Source of the DNA: Chrysomallon squamiferum
Lineage: Eukaryota; Animalia; Mollusca
Assembly: GCA_012295275.1 (NCBI GenBank)
Contig: CM022668.1
Span: 8,618,001 to 8,682,000 of the forward strand
DNA: 64,000 nt
Direction: 5' to 3'
This document shows, piece by piece, positions 54,944-64,000 of the stretch. The translations under genes and the position numbers were made by a program. How positions within the stretch are numbered: position 1 is the stretch's first letter; every line of letters begins with the position of its first letter. A model generated the notes under the pieces. It was given only the letters and a program-made list of their open reading frames with translations. It was not told the DNA's origin and made no database searches.

Positions 54944-56510
54944 ATAATAATAATAATAATAATAATTACATAAGATGTAAAGCTAGTCTAAGCTTTAACT
55001 GAAAAGAAACAAAATATATTAAAGAAGTTTCAAATCAACCTAACCTTAGACGGTCATGAAATGTTAGACTCACTTTTGTTATCTTTCGTCAATTGTTTCG
55101 CTAACGTACACGCTTAGCATCTGTTCTCATTCAGAGACATTATTTAAGAAAAGTCGTTGAACTGTAATATTAACATTTAACAAGCACGTTTTCATGCTGT
55201 GCTGTTATAGAAAATAACTGACAATTTTTATTTTACTTTCATTGAAAAGATAACGTGTTTCTTTATAACTGTTGTATGTTGAACACAACAGATATTACCT
55301 TATTGAAAGATTTCATTGAAAAATGACAAATGTCTAATCAGAATAATATGGAAGTTGAATATTACATCATTTTCAAATATTCATTTTGAAAGTAAATTCG
55401 GTATAGTTACACTAAACAATATTGGACAAAATGTTTGTATACTACATGACTTTGAGTGAAATGACGTAAACTATTATTATACGCTGGTCGTATAATACAC
55501 TACAATAAAGCAGAGTGTTTTAAGTGTCATGTTGTATGATGTTCACATTGGCGAGGAGTCCTCGGGGGTAAATGCAGTTTCACAAAAGCGCGTGTACATA
55601 TTTAAATGTTCTTTGTATAACAGAAAATTGCATAAGAAATATTGGAGAATAGCGTATGTTTAATATTACGAAAATAAAACAAACAAACTCCCATCCACTC
55701 TCTCTGTGTCTTTTTAAATTTGTATGAATGTATAAACATTTTGTCTGTTTGCCAGTCTCTGCCTATCCCCTATTAGTATGCATGTTTGTGTGTATTTCAT
55801 TATGAACTTAGAAATGTTTGCAAGACGAGTTCAGTAAAGACAGCAGACAAGAGGTGTTCTTGATCCACTTCGCTTAGGTTCAGTGTTCACTTATACAAAA
55901 CATTTCAATAAGGATAACACATTATGCAATATCCTAGCACATTTTTATTAACATTTACTCTTTTATTTTATATATAATTATATGTGTATGTGTTTGTGTG
56001 TGTCTATATATATACAAACACACACAAACCTTTGGTACTAATAAAATAATTCAGTGATATAATAATGCTACGTTATACCTGATTTATTTTTCTACTGAAG
56101 ACATGTAAATTATAAAATGTGTGAAACAGTTAAAAAAAAGGTTTATTTTAAATTATTGTTATTTCTGCGGACGGATCAAATGATCCGAGGGTACAATGAC
56201 ACCCGAGTCATGTCGTCCAGGGCTGCTCTGGAGCACTTGCGAGGTCGAACAAAGTTCAACATTATTTTATAAAAAACTATGAAAAAATAAAATATATTTT
56301 AAGCGTAATAATGCCAACCCTGACAGTATGTGTCAGTATGGCACATTGTCGGCTCTGTGGCCACATTTCACCACCGCCTTTTCCAGATTTTACTAATGCC
56401 ATTATTGCTTTCTTGTTATAGTTAACTGGCTGGGTTAATATTTTAATAAATACAAAATGGTTCGCGGAGCCCTGACTAGTCATTAGTTTCTTCCAAAATT
56501 TGTTATTATT

Positions 56511-56555
<45 letters not shown>

Positions 56556-56759
56556 AACTAATTAATTTTTTTCGTATATTATTATAATTTTTGAAAGTAT
56601 AAATAAACTCGTGATCACATTTATTGGTTTTGTTTGTTACCTGGATGATAACTTCTGTCTTCCTCTTCTTCCGTCAGTTCGTCCGTCCTTGCATCCATAT
56701 ATCTATCCATGCATCTATCTATCTCTCTGTCTCTCTATCTATCTCTCTATCTATCTATC

Positions 56760-56860
<101 letters not shown>

Positions 56861-57093
56861 CTTTCTCTGTGTCTGTCTCTGTCTCTCGTCTTGAATTTTA
56901 TATATGTAAATTAATTATGGCCCCATTTCTGACATTCATTAGGGTAAAGTGAAATCAGCACAATTAATGTGTTTTCTGTAAACAGTTTGGCAAAATGTAT
57001 ATAAAACACACACACACACGCACAAATTCATACAACAGACGTAAGTCTTTTACTCCGTTTATTTTTGATAAGCAATAATGATAATAATAATAA

Positions 57094-57124
<31 letters not shown>

Positions 57125-58184
57125 AAATAAAAAATGAACAGCAAAAAATAAATGTTGATTGTATAAAATTAAAGACAAAGATCAAGTTAAAGGCATGCGC
57201 AGGCACAATCTAATTTCTGTTGCCGATGTAAAAAGTGATGAAATGTGAGGAACATCTTAAGCATTTTAATTTAGTTGATAAAGTCGAAATTTAAAAGAAG
57301 AAATTAACACACATACACACACACACATATATATACTGGAGATTCCATTTTGCAAAGTTGATATACTCGTGAATCAGTTTAGTGAAAGACGGACTCGGCA
57401 ATGGGATAATAAAAATAATTTTGCTAGTATAAAATCCCACTCACAAAGTTTTATTTTATGTTTCTTTTTCACACCAAAATCACCATGACGTGGTCGCTTA
57501 AATTATCTAAAAAATAAAATAAAATAAAATAAAATAAAATAACAAATAAATTAAAGACTGTATTTAACTTCTGCTGAACTAAGACAGTCAGTAGTTTGTA
57601 AATCAGGGAGGGGCAGGCTGCCTCCCCGCGGGGTTTTCTCAATGCCACGCCTAATTAGACGCGGAAATTAACGATTAGTAGTAGTACGGTCTGCCTGATA
57701 ATGTGTCATGTATCATGTTGACCGCTTCTCGAAAAGTTATATCGCTTATGATAAAAATAACAACAGTTTCACTTGTGCTTATTGCCACTGTACTTCTATG
57801 GCAAGATTATTTGGAAAGGGAACTAAAAAAAACCAGAAAAGATATTTTCTCTGTAGTTACCAACTTCATCGCATCCATTAATCAATACTATTGCTACTAA
57901 CACAACTACCACTTTTCTTCTACTACTACTATTACTACTACTACTACTACTATTACTACTACAACTGCTATTACTACATCTACACACTCAGCGTACAAAC
58001 ATTTAAGCAGAAAATATCAACGGTACAAGTGAAATGTATTTAGTGTTGTGCCATGCCAAACTTATTTCCTCTAAAGTTTATGAAAATAGCCGTTCAGACA
58101 AATATAGTTTGTATGTGTATTCAAGAAATACCGTGGGCGGTATAAAAAGGTTTACTGTATTATTATTATTACCATTACTATTAC

Positions 58185-58261
<77 letters not shown>

Positions 58262-59274
58262 TCTGTAAATCTGATCCAGATTTTGCTTAGTCACGACACA
58301 TGACTGGCTAACAGTGGCCAAGGACATGTAGTCTTGTATTGACTAGTATTGATCCGTTTTCGCGAAGAACAATTAGTGTTTACTAAGAAAACCAAACAAG
58401 AGAACAAAAACCACATATATCGGGTACAGCAGTTTTCACGTAAGTGCTATTTAGAGATTACTTGAAATAATTTCAATATTTGCCAACCGATGTTCGAGCA
58501 AACAGTGGCTGTATTTCACTCATGAATAGCTCAGTGTGCTCCAACGTCGTCATAGCAAGGATTCGTACACAGAAAGGAGGATGCACTGAAGTCATTCCGG
58601 AGCGAGGGACGCAAATTCACCCGATCGATCCTCCATATGTGCTGTTTGCCTCCTTCGTGAACTTCCAGCCTTGCCGCGTGTCATAAAAGTTTATCCCAAA
58701 CGATTTTATACCTGTCTATCTCCCTACCTACCTGTCTGTCGTCTTTCTGTCTGTCTGTCTGTCTCTCTCTATCTATTTTTATATGTAAGTAATGCTTAAT
58801 AATGTAAATAAAATGTTAACTTAAGTGTTCACTGCTTTATTTTCTCTGAAAACACAGAACGTACAGACATACAGAAACATACAGCCAGATACACACACAA
58901 ACGCACAAACACACATATTAATAAAAAAAAAAAACACTTAATCTCTTTTTTATAGCGCCATCCAGCCACATTTAATAAATGAAAAACAAATAAACTCACA
59001 CTCCAACAAATTAACAAATAAATTACTTCACAAAAATACTTATTTCATAAAAGTTACCTATTACGTAATTATTCGGAAACATCTAAGAGAAAAACGATAG
59101 CTTTAGGCGCCGTTATTGAAAAAATAAAAAAATAAAAAAATAAAAACAAAACGAAAATAACAAACAATCTTTATGTCACGGTATATTCTACAAAAATCAG
59201 AATATAGCAAATCAGTTGACAAATCATATGAAAATTGTAAACATCATGTTATTTTGAATGATAAAAAAATAATA

Positions 59275-59324
<50 letters not shown>

Positions 59325-59354
59325 TAAAAAATATTAATAATAATAATAATAATG

Positions 59355-59397
<43 letters not shown>

Positions 59398-59763
59398 TAA
59401 TTAATTAATTAATTAATTAAATCCCAACAACAAATAATAATAGCTATAAAATTGTCTGAGCATTCCACTTAAATTACACTACAGATGTATCGCAGAGGTT
59501 TGCCGCTATCGAGTTTCGTAGTCGTGTGGACCTGCAGGGTCAGTCGTGGTGTTTTAGTCACACCCCACAGCATAATTACACGACCTCAACCCCGAGTCGT
59601 TACAGATATCAAACAAAAATAGAGCGACAGAGAGAGAGAGAGAGAAAAAAATTGAATTTATGTTTCAGTTAAGCCATCACGAAATGGGTTATACTGTTAA
59701 ACCCCAGTTAACAATTAATAATAATAATAATAATAATAACAATTAATAATAATAATAATAATA

Positions 59764-59813
<50 letters not shown>

Positions 59814-60689
59814 CAACAACAACATTAACAACAACAATAACAACAACAACAATCATATTAATAATAATAATTAGAATAACTACATCATTAAACGTCGGTA
59901 CTATTTGAAGTCATATTCAAAATTAATTTGTCATAACCTGGTTTCTTAATCGTTTTTCTATACAGTTCGGGAGTGTGTGTGTGTGTGTGTGCATGTCGCT
60001 TTTTTGATATTTAGTTAAAACAGATACTGCATTAAGGGTCACCAAAGCTACGTCAATATGTACACGTTGCTAGCAGTAAAATGATTTCTTTAATAAAGTC
60101 AGGTCATTAATTATGTATGGAATTTTAAGGAAAAAAGAAAGAGAGAGAAAAAAGAAATGAACAACCCTTTTATTCATAATAATAATTTTAAAATAATATA
60201 AAAAGATATAATAAAATAAATCAAAACGAAAAAAGTAAATAAATAAATAACAAATAAATAAAGAAGTTAGTAAATAAATAAATAAATAAATAAATTCAGT
60301 TGATGATGTCCTGATTATGATGACTTTGATGCTGTTATGCTGACGCTGATGATGATGATAAAAATAAAATAAAAACTTTCATTTTTTCTACATAATTTTC
60401 TAATTGTTTCAATGGCACAATAATAAGATTCATTTACTGTTTGTATTTACTGTATGGAATACATAACTACATAATCACCTAATTAATATTATTGTAACTG
60501 CTTTTTATAATTGATACCGTTTTTGTTAATTTTGTTATTACTGTTCTAGTGTTGGGATTATTGTTATTGTTTGTTCTTTTTTCTTTCAATATTGTAGATT
60601 TGTATTTTTTCTTCTTCTTTCTATCGCTTATTTGGTTTAATTTTCTTGTTGGTACTTTTGTTTTTGCTGCTATAATTGTTGTTGCTGTT

Positions 60690-61110
60690 AGCCTGCAACC
60701 AGGATGGATTTGGATCATAGTTAAACATTAAAAAATCTGTCGCATAAAGAGTTTTTAACTTTGAAATAATTTCTGCAGGTACTGATCTAAACGCTTCCGA
60801 TAAAAAATGTTGTCTTTGTTGTTTCACTTGATCTCTGCAGAGAGGATTTTCTCTGTATGTCTTATCAACTAAATCTGTGAACAGTCAAGCATTTATCTCT
60901 TTCAGTTTCTCGCTGGGTAATTGTTTATCCAGTGGCAGATATCCGTTTATTTGAAACGTTTTCCATAACAGAGTCGCAACTAGCTGTTCATCGACTTACA
61001 ACAAGGCAACATTTTCAATAACTGGAAATTATAATCAGTTAGCATCTTCATTTCGTGTTTTACGTGTGTCTGGTGGCTGTAGTTGCTGATCAAAGTATTT
61101 AGAGTTAATA
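60690..61110 (-). pseudogene. Degraded carbohydrate sulfotransferase paralogue, C-terminal fragment
   Basis: NYSHQTHVKHEMKMLTDYNFQLL..[frameshift]..LLWKTFQINGYLPLDKQLPSEKLKEINA*LFTDLV…KLKTLYATDFLMFNYDPNPSW aligns with the C-terminal half of the 53826-54830 protein. Stop at 60887-60885; PAPS-binding motifs not found. Confidence 0.85.
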
Positions 61111-62256
61111 TTTTCTTAGTAATAGTAGCAGCGGTATTTATTTTCTTTCGTCCTGCTTCACTGCTAACACAATATCAGTGCAGACAATTCAAACAAGTGT
61201 GTAGACCCTTACTACAGAAGATTAGTATAGATTTTGAATGTTTGAGAGCTTCCAAATAACAAGGGAAAATCATAAAATAATAACTAAATTGGAATTGTAT
61301 TTGTTGTCGATCCTAAATGATAATTTTCTGTTCAACAGCTTCCAAAAATGTGTTGTCTTGTTGTTTATTCGATGTTTTTCTGATTGAAAAAAAAGAAAAA
61401 TAATAAATAAAAATTAAAAAAAATAGAAAAGAAAGAAAGAAAAATAAATAAAATCTAAATAAATAAATAAATAGATAAATAAATAAGTAAATAAGTAAGT
61501 AAATAAATAAATAAATAAGTTTAATTATAATTTTTGTTTTTAAATAAGCTGTTTTTATAGGTTAGAATGTATAAAAATATCAGGGTTTTCTGAGACAGTG
61601 AAAATGTAACGCCTGTGTTATAAAAATATAAGGAGTTTCTAAGACAGTGAGAATGTAAAATCTGTATTATCACAAAGATTATCTACAGTTAAATAAATAA
61701 TTGCTTTGTCAGTCTATAATTGTTGATAATGAAAGCCACGCGGTTCAAAATTATAATGTTTCTAATCAAAAATACAAAAATAAATTGTAAATAATATCAC
61801 GAGACAAGAACATATTTTTTTTCTTTCAAAATTGTTTTTGTTGTTGTTTAAAATATAATATATTATTAAAGAGACATTGCCGTCTACTCCTGCCGAATAG
61901 CCGCAAGTAATACGTTATGTGCACCATCTCGTATACAGCAGAACTAATTTAGCAATATGTCAGAAACCAGCCTCAAACTACAGGCTTTCCGCTCCAGTAG
62001 TTCTTTAATTCTCTGCATAGAAACTTGTTTGTATTCCCAGTGGTAGTTAGATTGACAAAACAGGTGGCTTTAAAATAAATCTATTGTCATTGTTAGTGCA
62101 TGCATGCATACACATATTTACATATGTAGGTGTATACATATCTTTCTGTGTATATTACATGTATGTATTAATGTATATTTGTATGTATGTATGTATGTAT
62201 GTTTTTATCTATGTACGTATTACATGCACAAAAAATAAGTATGTGCGTGTGCATGT

Positions 62257-62291
<35 letters not shown>

Positions 62292-62293
62292 TA

Positions 62294-62353
<60 letters not shown>

Positions 62354-62984
62354 AATGCAAGGTAATTTAACAAGAGATTACGATCTGGTAAATCTTCCGT
62401 AAGTTCAGGATGCACTTACAATTGTTTTATATGATACGATCATGGCAAATTAAACTTTTATTTTTTTTAAACATTTTACTCATACATATTTTGTATCACT
62501 AAGTTAACAAACTATTCTAAAATTTAAATAAATATATTCTTCATCTACCATTTGTATTTACAAATTCAATAAATATGTCTTATTTAATAACTCAAAGACA
62601 AAAAACAAAAACAAACCAAACAAAAAAAAAAAAAAAAAAAAAAAAAAACAACAACAAAAAAAACCCCACCAAAAACAACAACAATAATTAATTAGTAATT
62701 AATAATAAAAAACGTATTATATAAATATATGTAGGTTCCGTTTCATTATTTTATTTCAATATATGCACTGAGTTTATTTCATACATATAAATTATTTTCG
62801 AAAGGTTTAAATATTAAAACTTAAAACATCATTTAAAATATTTTCAGAAACCGAAAGTTTCATTTTAATTCATGTTATTGTTTTGTATTTTTTAACTATT
62901 TTTCTTTGAGCAACTTTCCCGTTAGTAAAAACCTCTAACGTAGGACTGATAGTGAGGGAACGGATTACAGTTTCCTACCGGAGT

Positions 62985-63922
62985 GACGACTGTACCCCAG
63001 ACCACTGTACCCCAGACGACTGTACCCCAGACGACTGTACCCCAGACCACTGTACCCCAGACCACTGTACACCAGACCACTGTACCCCAGACCACTGTAC
63101 ACCAGACTACTGTACCCCAGACCGCTGTACCCCAGACCACTGTACCCCAGACCGCTGTACCCCAGACCACTGTACACCAGATCACTGTACACCAGACCAC
63201 TGTACACCAGACCACTGTACCCCAGACCGCTGTACCCCAGACCACTGTACCCCAGACCACTGTACCCCAGACCGCTGTACCCCAGACCACTGTACCCCAG
63301 ACCGCTGTACCCCAGACCACTGTACCCCAGACCACTGTACCCCAGACCGCTGTACCCCAGACCACTGTACCCCAGACCACTGTACCCCAGACCACTGTAC
63401 CCCAGACCGCTGTACCCCAGACCGCTGTACCCCAGACCACTGTACCCCAGACCGCTGTACCCCAGACCACTGTACCCCAGACCACTGTACCCCAGACCGC
63501 TGTACCCCAGACCGCTGTACCCCAGACCACTGTACCCCAGACCACTGTACCTGCCCAGACCACTGTACCCCAGACCACTGTACCCCAGACCGCTGTACCC
63601 CAGACCACTGTACCCCAGACCACTGTACACCAGACCACTGTACCCAGACCGCTGTACCCCAGACCGCTGTACCCCAGACCACTGTACCCCAGACCACTGT
63701 ACACCAGACCACTGTACCCAGACCACTGTACCCCAGACCGCTGTACCCCAGACCACTGTACCCAGACCACTGTACCCCAGACCGCTGTACCCCAGACCAC
63801 TGTACACCAGACCACTGTATCCCAGACCACTGTACCCCAGACCACTGTACCCCAGACCACTGTACCCCAGACCACTGTACCCAGACCACTGTACCCCAGA
63901 CCGCTGTACCCCAGACCACTGT
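62985..63922. repeat. 15-bp minisatellite
   Basis: About 60 units of ctgtaccccagacc(a/g). The unit has no stop codon, so it generates overlapping ORFs in all frames. Confidence 0.95.
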
Positions 63923-64000
63923 GTCTTGACACATAAAAATTAAATTTAAAGTGAATTAATACGTGTACATTTTATCTATCTCTCCATTTTACATACATTA

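Noticed and set aside
56218-56474. Possible hAT-type MITE (CAGGGCT…AGCCCTG ends)
   Set aside because: The inverted match is only 7 bp and there is no 8-bp target-site duplication.
62922-63936. Long ORFs such as (GLGYS)n, (CTPDH)n and (QTTVP)n, resembling Gly/Tyr structural proteins
   Set aside because: They arise from a stop-free 15-bp minisatellite open in all frames, with frame-breaking single-base indels and no signal peptide or supported start. The commonest variant is synonymous in the GLGYS frame, but that alone is weak.

Overview
AT-rich, microsatellite-dense, intron-containing eukaryotic DNA. It looks like an invertebrate, plausibly a mollusc or cephalopod, but the taxon is inferred and not shown by the sequence. 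Most short ORFs in the supplied track are microsatellite artefacts. The main signal, largely missed by the track, is a ~44-kb cluster of eight paralogous spliced genes for small secreted prepropeptides (P1-P8). Six appear intact and two carry lesions. They share a signal peptide, usually a basic processing site, and a six-cysteine core C-x8-C-x6-C-x12-C-x5/6-CC (beta/trans-defensin-like but with unusual spacing), typically on a 117-nt phase-1 exon. Several have 9-15-nt micro-exons, tiny terminal exons and a same-orientation ACGTGGC promoter element 70-91 nt upstream of the ATG. Nested in the cluster is a ~2,700-aa single-exon, repeat-built Gly/Tyr/Arg/Glu-rich protein with a Cys/His C-terminal module. 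Downstream are a carbohydrate sulfotransferase gene with one in-frame TGA, a degraded paralogous fragment, a deleted pogo/Tigger element, a LINE remnant and several minisatellites. All splice models were read by eye and need RNA support.
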